From: a virus
Lineage: Duplodnaviria > Caudoviricetes
IMG/VR virus record: IMGVR_UViG_3300028886_000028
Span: 64,001 to 128,000 of that record
Reading direction: 5' to 3' (one strand)
DNA: 64,000 bases
Shown: piece after piece, positions 1-10,885 of the stretch
How the letters are laid out: each line of letters begins with the position of its first letter
Numbering within the stretch: the first letter of the stretch is position 1
Made by a program: the position numbers and the translations under genes
Notes under the pieces: model-generated
The model's input: the letters and a program-made list of their open reading frames with translations, nothing else
Databases searched by the model: none
What the model was told of the DNA's origin: nothing

Positions 1-3000
1 ACTGTTAACTTTACCCCTGTTGTATTTACTAAGACACATGTTGGTTCTAAAGCAACAGAACACGAAGGAATATATGAATGGCAAGATGTTCTTGAAGCAG
101 ACATTAGACTTGCTGACCATATTACTGATAATATTTTGCATAAAGATAGAACTGGTAGATACCTTTATGTAAAAGGAACTGCTGACAATATCAAATACAA
201 AGATGGCCTTACGGTTAAAGATGCGTTAGATAATACAAGTGCAAATATTTCATCAAGCGCAGGTAATTTAATTTACAGACGCCCAGATGGTATATATGCC
301 ACTGCAATGATTGGCTACAATTCAGCAGAAAACAAACTTATCTACACATATTCTGATAGTGAAACAGGTAGAATTAAAGAACAGGAGATTAAACTTAATG
401 GAGTTAAATTACTTGAAGATATTACATATGACCCAATTAAAGAAGCAATTGTTATTAGATATGTAGATTCTCAAGGAGAATATCAAAGAGTCGAAATACC
501 TGTTTCAGATATTATAGAAGAATGGGATATTGAAAATGAAGGCCATAACATAATTTTAGATAAGTTCCGCAGCGAAGGTAAAGGAAAGGACATTCTTACA
601 GCAGACGCTAGAATACATGTTGGCGATAATAATATCCTTCAAGACGTTAACCATGAATTATATGTTAAAGGCATTTCAGAAAATATTAAATATGACGTTA
701 CAGGAGATACAACAGTAAAGGACGTTCTTGATGGCCTTTCTTTATCTGCTGAAACACTTAACGCTAAAATAAACCAAGAAGCCGAAAGAGCCAAAGATGC
801 TGAAATTGAAATAAACAACAAAATAGGCAATGGCTTTGATATTAGGAACACTGTAAGGGACGAAATAGATGCTTTAAAGGGTAAGATTGATAACGTTAGT
901 GCTAACACTGCTTTAAAATTAAGCGATGTCATTAACGAAGATAACTCAATAAATGTTGAAACAAGAAATGATGAGTTTGATAATCCTACAGTTAAGGTAA
1001 TTAAAACCAATTTAAGCAGCGAGGTTGAAGATGGTAAGGCAAACATCATCAAGTTAAATGCTGATGGTATATATGCTGGCGTTGACCTTATTTACGAGTT
1101 TAATGAAGAAATAGGAACTAATCAACTTATTTTCAAAACAACAAACGGTACTAAAACATATGACCTTAAAACCAATTCTGTAGTAGATAAAATTTATTAT
1201 GATTCTAACAGAGAAGCAATTATAATAGAATACACTGTAAATGGCCATAGAATGCCTGATGTTGTTATTCCTGTTGGAGATTTAATAAATGAATGGAGAG
1301 TTTGGGATGGGCATGAAGGCGCAGTACAACTTGAAAAAACAAGAATTCCAAGCGGAACATCAGAACAAGATATATTAAAGGCTTCTGTTGTAATTTCAGA
1401 CCATGATGATAATATAGTCATTAATGATAATGGGGCACTTTATGTATCTAACAGTGGTATTACAAGCAACAAGAATGAAATTGATTCGTTAAAAGAAAGA
1501 CTTTCAACTGATGAAGAAAACATTGGCATAATAGAAACTGCAATTTCAAATGAAATCACCAGAGCAATATCTGCTGAAACGGTATTGCAAACTAACGATA
1601 ATAGAATCGAACATTTATTAGAAGATGAAATTAATCGTTCTACCAACAAAGATAATGAGTTGCAAAATCAATTAAGCAACATTGAATCAGCGCTTGAAAA
1701 TGAAATTAATCGTTCTGAAAATGTTGACAATCAGTTAAGGTCAGATTTAAATACTGAAATTACACGAGCAACAACTCAAGAATCATATCTTCTCCATTTG
1801 ATTAGTGATGAGGTTGAAAATAGAATTAGTGGTGATTCGATTAATTCAAATGCAATAGTTAGTGAAGAAACTCGCGCTAGGGAAGCAGAAACGAGATTGG
1901 AGGCAACTATTAATAGTGAAATTTCAAGAGCTCAAAACGCAGAGGGAGATTTAAGGGAAGCAATCACTGCTGAAACGTTAAGGGCGCAAGAAGCCGATAA
2001 CGAACTTTATCAGAGGATTTCAGATGAGGTTGTTGAAAGGTCTAATGGCGATGCATCATTAAGTGCTGCAATTATAACAGAGATAAGTAGAGCAACTGGA
2101 GCAGAAAACACTATTTCTCAAACATTAAATACAGAAGTTGAACGCTCTACGCAAGAGGATGCAAGGCTTAATAGTCTAATTACAGCAGAAACGGCATCAA
2201 GGGAAGCAGCAGATAACGAATTAGAAGAGGAAATTAGGAAACTAGTATTGACATTTGATGATACTAATTCAATTGATTTCACAAAGACAACAGGCAATGT
2301 TGTAACTGCTGACGTTAAGCTACAAAGTGGAAATAATATCATAAAAGTTGGAGAAGGCCTTTATGCGACAGTTTCTCTTTCTTATGATGGGGCGAGAAAC
2401 ACTATTAAATTGATAACTTCTAATGGAGAGCAAGAAGCAATTCAATTGAATACTGTTGGAAGCTTAATTGATGGGATGGAATATAATGCTGACGAGAGAG
2501 CACTTGTTATTAAATATCATGATGCAGCAGGAAATCCATTACAAATTTCATTCCCTGTAAATCAGTTATTTAACGATTGGGAGGTTGATAACCCATCTGA
2601 AAAGAGTGCTGTTGAATTGACCAAAACTTCTCCTTCTGAGCCAGATGACCCAGATAAATTAAAGGCTCGCATCCTTATTACAGATGACCATGACGGCGAC
2701 GGAAAGCCAGACCAAGGTAGTAATAACTTAATAGAAATAAGGAATAATGGACTTTATGTTGATGGTTCTTTTATAGATTCATATACAGGAGATAGCGAAT
2801 GCTTGAAACGAGAAGTTAAAGCAGTAGAGAGGGCTATATTTGGCAATCAACAGATAAATGAATGTGGCGATGGATTTGTATATGTTGCGCCAGATGGTAC
2901 TTATTATATAAACAGTGCAAATACAGTTAATAATGCTACATACATTTTAGACCTATCAATAAAAAGATTGTCTTCATATACTGAAGATATAGATAATAGA

Positions 3001-3852
3001 CTTATTATTGTGTCAGGCAAAACTGATTGCAACGCTGAAGAACTAAAAGTTGTAGAAAACGATTTCCTTGGAATGCCACTTTTACACGCTTGTGGAGAAG
3101 GTGATTCATATAGGCCAAATCAAGGAACGTTCTACATATTTAGCGGAACGTCATTTAACGACACTGATATTATATTAGATAGAGAAATAAAACGCACAAA
3201 TGATGATGTTGATATTTTAAATCAAAAAGTAAATATAATATCTGGCGATGTTGAGTGTCTTGAATCTACAGTTGATGCGATGAATGCAATAACATTCGGT
3301 TCAGCTTATACTATGCCTGTTTGCGGAGAAGATGCCGCATATCCAGTATATGATGGGTGCGTAATTAGTGCCGCTACGTCATTCTATGAAGCAGACAAAC
3401 TTTTAGACCAAGCTGTATGTGAATTGATGGGTAAAAGCACTGTAGCAGGCTCTGATACCCCTTCTAATCACACATCAATTGAAAAGATAGACGATTTAGA
3501 CCATATTAATGTTGATACTAGACTTTCTCATGGTAGCCTAAATGGTATGTCTGATGATGATTTAGTTATTACTGATGCAAGTGGCGCTTATATAGACCCA
3601 ACTAGAACAGAATTCACAGATACTAATGCATTAAGAATAATAAGCATTAGTGGAGAATCTGCCGATAGTCCATATAATGGTATTTATTTGAGTAATATTT
3701 GGGATTGCGGTTTATATTATGACGAAACTGAAGATGCTGATGCAATAGAAGCAGCTAATGAGGCAGGATATAATACAAATTACAGAACTGATAATGCACC
3801 AAGCGCAAGTAATATAAACTATATGAATAACGTCAGACAGAACGATATTTAA
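1..3852 (+). CDS. Large repetitive tail fibre/adhesin-like structural protein (5'-truncated by the window)
   Basis: Frame 1 is open from base 1. Three copies of a module I.YD...AI.I.Y...IPV.DLI.EW...L.K...D.L.A...NI...LYV; central coiled-coil repeats EI.RA..AE..L; Cys-containing C-terminal repeats. Confidence 0.6.
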   Translation, partial: TVNFTPVVFTKTHVGSKATEHEGIYEWQDVLEADIRLADHITDNILHKDRTGRYLYVKGTADNIKYKDGLTVKDALDNTSANISSSAGNLIYRRPDGIYATAMIGYNSAENKLIYTYSDSETGRIKEQEIKLNGVKLLEDITYDPIKEAIVIRYVDSQGEYQRVEIPVSDIIEEWDIENEGHNIILDKFRSEGKGKDILTADARIHVGDNNILQDVNHELYVKGISENIKYDVTGDTTVKDVLDGLSLSAETLNAKINQEAERAKDAEIEINNKIGNGFDIRNTVRDEIDALKGKIDNVSANTALKLSDVINEDNSINVETRNDEFDNPTVKVIKTNLSSEVEDGKANIIKLNADGIYAGVDLIYEFNEEIGTNQLIFKTTNGTKTYDLKTNSVVDKIYYDSNREAIIIEYTVNGHRMPDVVIPVGDLINEWRVWDGHEGAVQLEKTRIPSGTSEQDILKASVVISDHDDNIVINDNGALYVSNSGITSNKNEIDSLKERLSTDEENIGIIETAISNEITRAISAETVLQTNDNRIEHLLEDEINRSTNKDNELQNQLSNIESALENEINRSENVDNQLRSDLNTEITRATTQESYLLHLISDEVENRISGDSINSNAIVSEETRAREAETRLEATINSEISRAQNAEGDLREAITAETLRAQEADNELYQRISDEVVERSNGDASLSAAIITEISRATGAENTISQTLNTEVERSTQEDARLNSLITAETASREAADNELEEEIRKLVLTFDDTNSIDFTKTTGNVVTADVKLQSGNNIIKVGEGLYATVSLSYDGARNTIKLITSNGEQEAIQLNTVGSLIDGMEYNADERALVIKYHDAAGNPLQISFPVNQLFNDWEVDNPSEKSAVELTKTSPSEPDDPDKLKARILITDDHDGDGKPDQGSNNLIEIRNNGLYVDGSFIDSYTGDSECLKREVKAVERAIFGNQQINECGDGFVYVAPDGTYYINSANTVNNATYILDLSIKRLSSYTEDIDNRLIIVSGKTDCNAEELKVVENDFLGMPLLHACGEGDSYRPNQGTFYIFSGTSFNDTDIILDREIKRTNDDVDILNQKVNIISGDVECLESTVDAMNAITFGSAYTMPVCGEDAAYPVYDGCVISAATSFYEADKLLDQAVCELMGKSTVAGSDTPSNHTSIEKIDDLDHINVDTRLSHGSLNGMSDDDLVITDASGAYIDPTRTEFTDTNALRIISISGESADSPYNGIYLSNIWDCGLYYDETEDADAIEAANEAGYNTNYRTDNAPSASNINYMNNVRQNDI

Positions 3853-3858
3853 CAAAAT

Positions 3859-3890
3859 AAAAAAGGTTAGGGAATTCCCTAACCTTTTTT
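3859..3890. terminator. Bidirectional intrinsic terminator
   Basis: AAAAAAGGTTAGGGAATTCCCTAACCTTTTTT, a perfect inverted repeat between convergent genes. Confidence 0.9.
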
Positions 3891-6800
3891 ATTCATCAGG
3901 AGTTCTATCAATGTAATCATATGATATATCATCAAATACAAGCCCACCAGTAGATGGTGTCATTGAAGGGATTTTAATGAAATGAAATCTCATATCAGTG
4001 TCTAAAGATACTACATCTAAAATAGATTGTGGTATTTCTCCATCATTTTCAAATGCTTCAACATCTTTATTTGTTAAATTATTTAAAGCATCAATATATT
4101 TTTTATTTTCTTCTTGAAATAATTCATCCTCTTCTTTTTTCTTTTCTTCTAAATATTGCTTAACTAATTCATCCCAATCAATTCCACATTCTTCAACAAA
4201 AGGAGGAACTTCATTTATTTTAATCCAATAACCTATTTCTTTTTTCTCAGGCGTCATTAAAGCCTCATATGTGTCTTGGTCAGATTCTTTATTTGGATAA
4301 CCTGATACTAATTTAGATTCTTCTTCTGTAAAATATTTTCTATCTTCAGGGTTTGTTATCAATATATTATTTCTTATTTCAGGAGAAAAGCAGACAAGTA
4401 ATGGCGTAATTCTATTGTTAAATTGTTCAATATATTTTTCTGAATTATATTCTAGACCTTCAACATCGCTACAAAGAATTTCCTTTTCATCTTCTATAAT
4501 ATCATTAGGAACTAATTGGCAATTAAGTATTATTTCTTCTTCTTCTCTTATGACATACTTTTTTATTATTTCCTTTTTTATTGCAGCAGAAAGTTCTTTA
4601 ACTTTTTCAACACCATAATTATTTAATTCTTTTTTAAATAATTCTGTTTTCATTTTGTTGGTTAGTTCTATTTCATCACCATCTTCATTTTTTATGAATT
4701 GATGGGTTACTTTTTTTACATCAGAATGGCCTTTTTTCGTTCCTGTGTTTATATAATAAATTGTATCGCTAACGTTAACATTAAGATTTTCTCTTATAGC
4801 CAATTCATACCAGGCCTGTCTTGATTTTTTATTACCTGCCTTTGTCAAAGTATTGCAGTCTTCTTTATATTCTTTGATGGTTTTCTTTATTTTACCTTTT
4901 GAAGCAATATCTTTAATTGGTATTTGGTAATTATATATTTTTGAAATATATTCATAATAATTTTCTAAAAATTTTGAGCCATTGCCATGAAGAAGAAGAT
5001 TAATACCATCATCAATAAATTTTTCAAGATACCCTGACATTTTTCTTGATTTTATTGTATTTCCTACTTTTTTTGTTTTTCCGCTTGGCATTAAGTCAGC
5101 ATAATTTTTTCTCGCAAAATTAATTGTTGCGTCACAAAATTCATCTATTCCTAATCCCATTTTATTTATGCCACCATTATATGCTTTGTTTAGGTATAAA
5201 TCTTCAAATTCTGCAACATCTGCTTCTACACCAGTGTATGTTTTTCCTTTTATTGTATTTCTTCCTTCCCCATTACTAATATATGGGTGCTCATTAGTAT
5301 AACGGAATTTATCTTCTGTGGGCATTTGGAAGTTGAAGCCATCGGTGTCACCTACAATTGGATTATATCCCAAATTTGTAAAATGAGAAATCATCAATCT
5401 TAATGACATTCTTCCTATACAAGTTGTTTTTTCAGCAGCATCAATGTCTCCAAATGGAAAGACCATAGGACACCCATAGGAGCCGAAAAATGAATTAGCT
5501 AGAATTTTAAGAGGCAATTGTTTTTTATCATTAGCCATTTTTTCAGCTTTCCACATTTGTATTTCATTTTTAATGCGTGATTTATCTTCCTCTGTTCCAT
5601 CGAAAATTTTTAACTTCTTTTCAAGTTCTTTCGCCTTCTCTCCAGCCACAGCTTTAAGGTCTTTATATTTTTCACGGTTTGTAAGAATATACTCTAATAA
5701 ATATAGCATGATATTATCAATATCAAGCGGAGTTTTAACCCACCATGTCAAATCTATAGAAGGATAAAGAGAGTTATAGTCAAGTTTAACAATTCTATCT
5801 ACATAGCCCGTTCTAATGAGTCTTGAAAGACCTCCAGTAAACCTTTTATTTGAATCAGATGATGGTACAGCAAGATTATTTTCATAACACCACGCCAACA
5901 TAATTAATTTCCATATTCCAGCTGTGCCCATTGTACAAGCCCTTGTAAATGTTGTTGGTAAAATTTTAGATACAAGAAAATTTGACTCGTTAAGTTTCAA
6001 TTCAACTTTATCTGTTTCCCATAAGTCATCAAGCAAATATCTTTCTACAATATATCTACCGCTTGTTGGTTTATATCCATCCAATAAACCCCTTCCTTCT
6101 TTTATTTCATACCAATCGCCATCAGATTCTCTAAAGGCATATCTATTTGATATGACATTCCATGTTTTTGTGATAATATTACCAGGGACATATACACGAT
6201 TAGGCTTTTTTAAATCAAGATATTTTGTAGCATACTTCAAACTTGCTGATTTCATATTTGAATCAAGTGCTTGCGCCCTTCTTACAGCATGTAACGAATC
6301 CAATACACTGAATCCCCAAGCGATAGTAGGCCTATAATACTCCATTTCACCACCAAGTTTAAGTATTGATTCTTTTTTCTTTTTATAAATCGCATGTTTG
6401 AAATATTTCAAAGACATATCAGCAAATGATGTGCCCAACACCTCGCATCTTACAATAAGGAAGTCCCAGTCAAAATTTTCTGAGTTATGTCCTGCTATAA
6501 TATCAGGTTTTTCAATTGCTATGGTTTTTAAAAATTCATCAATTGCTTTCAACTCGTTAATTTTCCTTTCTTCCCCTTCTCCTGTGATTGTTATAATTTT
6601 TTCAAAGCCTTTATTAGTGCGCATACCAATTTGGTCAATTGCGTGAATTTTTGGATTAAGACCTTGTGTTTCAAGGTCAAATAAAAACCTTTTTAAATCG
6701 TCATAATTTTCATAACCTTTGAACAATCTTTTGCCTGTTTGAATCATGTATTGTTCAACAGGTGAAATAACCATAAATTCTTTTGAACCATCGCCAATAC

Positions 6801-7212
6801 CGTCCTTCTTTTTTTCATATACAGGAGTACCCGCTTCTGTGAAGAAGTTTAAAAATTTAGAATAAGGCATCCGTTTTGTTGAATAAAATATATATTTATA
6901 TCCATTTGTTAATCTTTCACTATCAATGCTATCATCAGTTTTAGTTATAAGTTCTTTCACATTGATTCCAAGTTCTCTCATTTTTCTCCTGAGAGTTCCT
7001 CTATTACCTCCAAACATTCTTACGCATGCGCTATTCTTAACCCAAGCAAATGGCTTAAAATCATCTTTTTTCACTCTTTTTTCGCCATTTTCGTTAAGGT
7101 AAACAATGTTAACTTTATCTTCCATATAATCGCATTCAATTGTGACTATATGTTCCATAGGGTCGTGTCCACTAAGGAAAGTGTTTACCATTTCAGCTGT
7201 TATTTCTTTCAT
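3889..7212 (-). CDS. Family B DNA polymerase with 3'-5' exonuclease
   Basis: ExoI FDLETQG, ExoII GHNSENFDW, region II KLDYNSLYPS, region III KILANSFFG, region I VGDTDG. Confidence 0.95.
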   Translation of the reverse strand: MKEITAEMVNTFLSGHDPMEHIVTIECDYMEDKVNIVYLNENGEKRVKKDDFKPFAWVKNSACVRMFGGNRGTLRRKMRELGINVKELITKTDDSIDSERLTNGYKYIFYSTKRMPYSKFLNFFTEAGTPVYEKKKDGIGDGSKEFMVISPVEQYMIQTGKRLFKGYENYDDLKRFLFDLETQGLNPKIHAIDQIGMRTNKGFEKIITITGEGEERKINELKAIDEFLKTIAIEKPDIIAGHNSENFDWDFLIVRCEVLGTSFADMSLKYFKHAIYKKKKESILKLGGEMEYYRPTIAWGFSVLDSLHAVRRAQALDSNMKSASLKYATKYLDLKKPNRVYVPGNIITKTWNVISNRYAFRESDGDWYEIKEGRGLLDGYKPTSGRYIVERYLLDDLWETDKVELKLNESNFLVSKILPTTFTRACTMGTAGIWKLIMLAWCYENNLAVPSSDSNKRFTGGLSRLIRTGYVDRIVKLDYNSLYPSIDLTWWVKTPLDIDNIMLYLLEYILTNREKYKDLKAVAGEKAKELEKKLKIFDGTEEDKSRIKNEIQMWKAEKMANDKKQLPLKILANSFFGSYGCPMVFPFGDIDAAEKTTCIGRMSLRLMISHFTNLGYNPIVGDTDGFNFQMPTEDKFRYTNEHPYISNGEGRNTIKGKTYTGVEADVAEFEDLYLNKAYNGGINKMGLGIDEFCDATINFARKNYADLMPSGKTKKVGNTIKSRKMSGYLEKFIDDGINLLLHGNGSKFLENYYEYISKIYNYQIPIKDIASKGKIKKTIKEYKEDCNTLTKAGNKKSRQAWYELAIRENLNVNVSDTIYYINTGTKKGHSDVKKVTHQFIKNEDGDEIELTNKMKTELFKKELNNYGVEKVKELSAAIKKEIIKKYVIREEEEIILNCQLVPNDIIEDEKEILCSDVEGLEYNSEKYIEQFNNRITPLLVCFSPEIRNNILITNPEDRKYFTEEESKLVSGYPNKESDQDTYEALMTPEKKEIGYWIKINEVPPFVEECGIDWDELVKQYLEEKKKEEDELFQEENKKYIDALNNLTNKDVEAFENDGEIPQSILDVVSLDTDMRFHFIKIPSMTPSTGGLVFDDISYDYIDRTPDE

Positions 7213-7285
7213 GAAAAATTGTTTTTTAAATGTTATTATTTTTTAAATTTTAAGTTTTCACTTTTCGAAAACATCAATTTATTTG

Positions 7286-7293
7286 CAAATATA
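7286..7293 (-). promoter_or_regulatory. Bacteroidota-type -7 promoter element (TATATTTG) for the DNA polymerase
   Basis: Matches TAnnTTTG; the same octamer lies upstream of five other non-structural genes. Confidence 0.65.
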
Positions 7294-7342
7294 TAAAAAA
7301 ATTTTAAGAAAAAGAAATATATTTATATATAAATTGTTATAT

Positions 7343-7579
7343 ATGAATATTAAAAAAAATATTATAAATGAAGTAATAAATAACTATTTAAAAAGTAAGT
7401 GCATGATAAAAGAATATAAAAATCCTAATGATGCTGATACAGTTAGGGCTTGTGGAGATATGCTTCAACAGTTGTATAACAACATAATTGGAAACGGAAT
7501 GTCTAAAAGGGAAATAACTGTTGAAATTATGGCAAAAATAATAGGTGAACTTAGACACCTTGAAGAAATGATGAAATAA
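7343..7579 (+). CDS. Small hypothetical protein with an I-x-E rich leader (IINE, MIKE)
   Basis: ATG at 7343 follows a TATTTAT motif at 7320-7326. Confidence 0.65.
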   Translation: MNIKKNIINEVINNYLKSKCMIKEYKNPNDADTVRACGDMLQQLYNNIIGNGMSKREITVEIMAKIIGELRHLEEMMK

Positions 7580-7580
7580 T

Positions 7581-7958
7581 ATGCAAGAATTTTATATAAA
7601 CAAAAATTCATTATTACCAATAATTAGGATTGAGTTAATAGAAGACGGCAGGCATGACTATAACAAATTTCATGAATTAATACAGAATAGCAATATTACG
7701 TTTACAATGGTTAATAGGGAAACCGGCGTTACTAAAATTGCTAAAGCCCCTTGCTATATTAAAGCAAGAGAAAATGGTGGCTGTGTTGAGCAATATGTTA
7801 TTTGTTACGACTGGAAAAAACGCGATGTAAATGAAGAAGGTAACTATATTGGAAAGTTTGATATAGAATTTGGAGAAGTAAAAAATGATGAATATGATTA
7901 TCCAACAGGCAATTTAATCATGCCGATTAGAGAAGAATTGCTAATTGTCATAAAATAA
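7581..7958 (+). CDS. BppU-N-like baseplate/fibre-associated protein
   Basis: Pattern FYI.KN..LP...L...ITFTM...Y.W...D....G.Y.G.F.I.F typical of BppU N-terminal domains. Confidence 0.55.
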   Translation: MQEFYINKNSLLPIIRIELIEDGRHDYNKFHELIQNSNITFTMVNRETGVTKIAKAPCYIKARENGGCVEQYVICYDWKKRDVNEEGNYIGKFDIEFGEVKNDEYDYPTGNLIMPIREELLIVIK

Positions 7959-7960
7959 AA

Positions 7961-7985
7961 AAAGGTGAGATAATTTCTCACCTTT
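7961..7985. terminator. Bidirectional intrinsic terminator
   Basis: AAAGGTGAGA-TAATT-TCTCACCTTT between convergent genes. Confidence 0.85.
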
Positions 7986-8385
7986 ATTGTTCTATTAGTA
8001 TGTTTTTAAGAGCAAGTTTTCTTTCAACTTCGTTAAAAGTTTCTCCAAACATAAAAATCAGTCTTCCATCTTCTGGATATGTTTCATAATCGTCCAATGA
8101 TTCATATGCAATTGCAACAATACCATCTAAAGCGTCTTGCATACCAAAGCAACAATTATTTTGTATTAAATCTAATTTTATTTTAGTTTTAACAATATGT
8201 ATTTCTGTTATATATTCATCAGATGGCATTAAATTATTTACCAAACAGCATGGCTTAAATTCGAAATTTTCCCCCCATGCTTCATCCGGGTTATCAGTAA
8301 ATAAGAATTCATATCTATAATATCCATCATTTTCCTCTCCAACCAATCTAACAAATAGTAAATATATGTTATTTTCTTCTTCCAT
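7984..8385 (-). CDS. Hypothetical phage protein
   Basis: 133-aa ORF coupled to the upstream gene. Confidence 0.75.
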   Translation of the reverse strand: MEEENNIYLLFVRLVGEENDGYYRYEFLFTDNPDEAWGENFEFKPCCLVNNLMPSDEYITEIHIVKTKIKLDLIQNNCCFGMQDALDGIVAIAYESLDDYETYPEDGRLIFMFGETFNEVERKLALKNILIEQ

Positions 8386-8819
8386 TATTCAACATTTTCG
8401 TTTTTTTCATCATCTGAACTTATTATTCTTTTTTGTTTCGGCGTTTCTCTTTCATCATTAACAACGTATGGGTCAGGTTCTGGATAAAATTCTATAGTAT
8501 TTTCTCCTTTTTTAACTTTTCCATTTTCTACTTTAGGATAAATGTTTAAAGTACCAATTTTTTCAATTGCAGTATAAGGAATATCTTTTATTTTATTCAT
8601 TAAATTTTTGCTTTTATTCAGTGGCAACGAATCAATCTCATATTTTTTCTTTTCAGATGATTTGTTGCAAGTACAAGATTTATCACAACAATTTTTTTCT
8701 TCTTCAATTTCAACGTCTTCTAAATTGAAATTTCGTAGCTTAAATATGATAGTTTTTCCTTCTTTTACTTCGTATTTAATCTCTTTAATTTTGTATTGGT
8801 TTAGCCCTAAATCAATCAT
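8385..8819 (-). CDS. Hypothetical protein
   Basis: 144-aa ORF in the operon with the SNF2 helicase; contains a CCDKSCTC cluster. Confidence 0.7.
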   Translation of the reverse strand: MIDLGLNQYKIKEIKYEVKEGKTIIFKLRNFNLEDVEIEEEKNCCDKSCTCNKSSEKKKYEIDSLPLNKSKNLMNKIKDIPYTAIEKIGTLNIYPKVENGKVKKGENTIEFYPEPDPYVVNDERETPKQKRIISSDDEKNENVE

Positions 8820-8823
8820 AATG

Positions 8824-10782
8824 TTATTTATTTTTTTCTGTTAATATTATTTTGTCTATTACTTTTTCTTTATTATGTACTATTTCAAGCATTTTATCAA
8901 AATATGTATCATTAAACGATTGATAATACACCGTACAAGGTTTCGTTTGATTCAATCTGTGAATTCTATCTTCACATTGCAAATTATCAGCTGGTACAAA
9001 TGAGAAATTATTGAAAATTGCAACTGTTGCAGATGTAAGAGTTAGGCCTACCCCTGCTGATATTATGTTACCAATGAATACTTTTACAGAATCATCGTTT
9101 TGAAATTTTTCAACTGCTTCATTTTTCTTTTTTTCTGTGAGTTTTCCATTATGATACACACATATATCGCCAAATTCTTTCCTGAATTTATCTATTTCAT
9201 TGTCATACGCACAAAATATAACAATTTTATGATTTAATTCAATACATTTTTTTGCGAGGCTAATGGTTCTAGGTATCATTTTGTCTGCTAACCATTGTCT
9301 CATAAGGCTTGTTTCTTCTAATTTTTTATATTTTTCAGCCCTTTCTTTATCCTCTTGCATTAAAACATATTCATCCCATAGATTTTCATATGATTTCTTT
9401 TCATCTGGAGACATTTCGTAGTGCAAATATTTTATTTTTTTATCAACAATTGTTGAAAATTCTTCTTTTAAACGTCTTAAATAATATGGCTTAATTATTT
9501 CTTGAAGTTCTTCCATATTAGTGTCTTCGCCAGGAATGCACATTTTTTTACATTTTTTCTCTAAAATTTCATCAAGTTGTTTTTTTTCGTCATTTGAAAG
9601 GTGAAACCAATCTGTTTTCCCAACTGATTTACAGAAAAGAGCAGTGTGAGCGTTTCTTTCGTTCTTTTTATAAAATACTTTTGCTCCACAATACCTTTTC
9701 ATATAATATTGCCAATCTTTTGTTATAGGAAGCCCTATTATTTTAAGCAAATTATACAAATTTTTTGAAGAATTTGTAATCATAGTACCTGTCAACTCAA
9801 AAATACCCTTTGGATTACTCCTTTTAATTAGGTCAGATAGTATTTTAAACCTTCCAGAAGTGCTATTTGAGAGCCTATGTGCTTCATCTATTATAATTAA
9901 GTCATATTGTGCTTGAAAAAGCTGGCTATCTGCCATTGCTTTATCTATTATTTTCTGACTTCTTGAAACAATTTCCTTTTCTTTATATTCGGCGACAACT
10001 TCTCCATCATCATTTACGTTCAATTCCTTTTTTTTTATCTTTTGTATAGGAATTTTATAAAAATTATCTAGAATATCATAGTTAATTATTGTAAATTTTG
10101 CATCTTTCCATTTTGAGCCTTGCACAATTGTTATATCTTCATCATCTACAAGTGTTTTTAATTCGTTTTCCCACGTTTTTTTCACAGATGATGGGGAAAT
10201 TACCAATATGTGCTCAAAATTGCCCTCTAAAGCCGCTAAAATCGCTGAAAAAGTCTTTCCATAACCCATATCTAAAGCAAGAATTCCTTTTTTCCTTGAT
10301 AATAAGAATTTCACTGCTTCTTTTTGGTGCTCATACACTTCTCTGCCACTTTTTTCTTCATATGGTTTGAAATCCACTTCTAGTTTTCTATAATCTTCAA
10401 GCAAAAAGTCTGTTAGAACAGCATTTTTAGGGGCAAATGCCATAATAGCCTTTTCCTGTGACTTTCTATATTTGCAATAAAACAAATAATGTGTTTCTGT
10501 GCAGCCAAGATACCAACCAATAACTAGCAGCCTTGGAGAGAAATCAATTTCCCACTTTTCTTGCAGTTTATCTCCCCACCAATCTGCTATTTTAACTAAT
10601 TTATTAACGTATTTTGGTTCTTTATCGTAATTTCTTAATATGAATTCAGATTGAAAATCATTAAGTGTTGCTGTTTTATATGCATATACATTGTTTTTAA
10701 GGTCAATAATATAAGAATTATTACCTTTATATTTTTTTAAAATATCATATGATTTTTTTATTTTATCTAGTGATAACGCCAT
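8824..10782 (-). CDS. SNF2-family (SMARCAL1-like) helicase/translocase
   Basis: HQKEAV, LDMGYGKT (Walker A), DEAH, LTGT, GVGLTL, QCEDRIHRLNQ motifs. Confidence 0.9.
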   Translation of the reverse strand: MALSLDKIKKSYDILKKYKGNNSYIIDLKNNVYAYKTATLNDFQSEFILRNYDKEPKYVNKLVKIADWWGDKLQEKWEIDFSPRLLVIGWYLGCTETHYLFYCKYRKSQEKAIMAFAPKNAVLTDFLLEDYRKLEVDFKPYEEKSGREVYEHQKEAVKFLLSRKKGILALDMGYGKTFSAILAALEGNFEHILVISPSSVKKTWENELKTLVDDEDITIVQGSKWKDAKFTIINYDILDNFYKIPIQKIKKKELNVNDDGEVVAEYKEKEIVSRSQKIIDKAMADSQLFQAQYDLIIIDEAHRLSNSTSGRFKILSDLIKRSNPKGIFELTGTMITNSSKNLYNLLKIIGLPITKDWQYYMKRYCGAKVFYKKNERNAHTALFCKSVGKTDWFHLSNDEKKQLDEILEKKCKKMCIPGEDTNMEELQEIIKPYYLRRLKEEFSTIVDKKIKYLHYEMSPDEKKSYENLWDEYVLMQEDKERAEKYKKLEETSLMRQWLADKMIPRTISLAKKCIELNHKIVIFCAYDNEIDKFRKEFGDICVYHNGKLTEKKKNEAVEKFQNDDSVKVFIGNIISAGVGLTLTSATVAIFNNFSFVPADNLQCEDRIHRLNQTKPCTVYYQSFNDTYFDKMLEIVHNKEKVIDKIILTEKNK

Positions 10783-10885
10783 TTTATTAATTATATTTTA
10801 TACTTTGTATAAAATATAAGATTTTTTTAAAAACAATCAAGTTTATTTGTTTTAAGTACTATTTATTGTAAATAAAGTGTTTTTT

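Noticed and set aside
639-6646. Short antisense ORFs within the fibre and polymerase genes (likewise 32610-35978, 48481-48972 and others)
   Set aside because: Shadow ORFs on the opposite strand of well-supported genes, with Ser/Leu/Phe-biased composition and no motifs.
3889-7212. Intein or intron in the DNA polymerase (also considered for RecA and the helicase)
   Set aside because: Motifs are collinear, and I saw no intein splice junctions or LAGLIDADG motifs.
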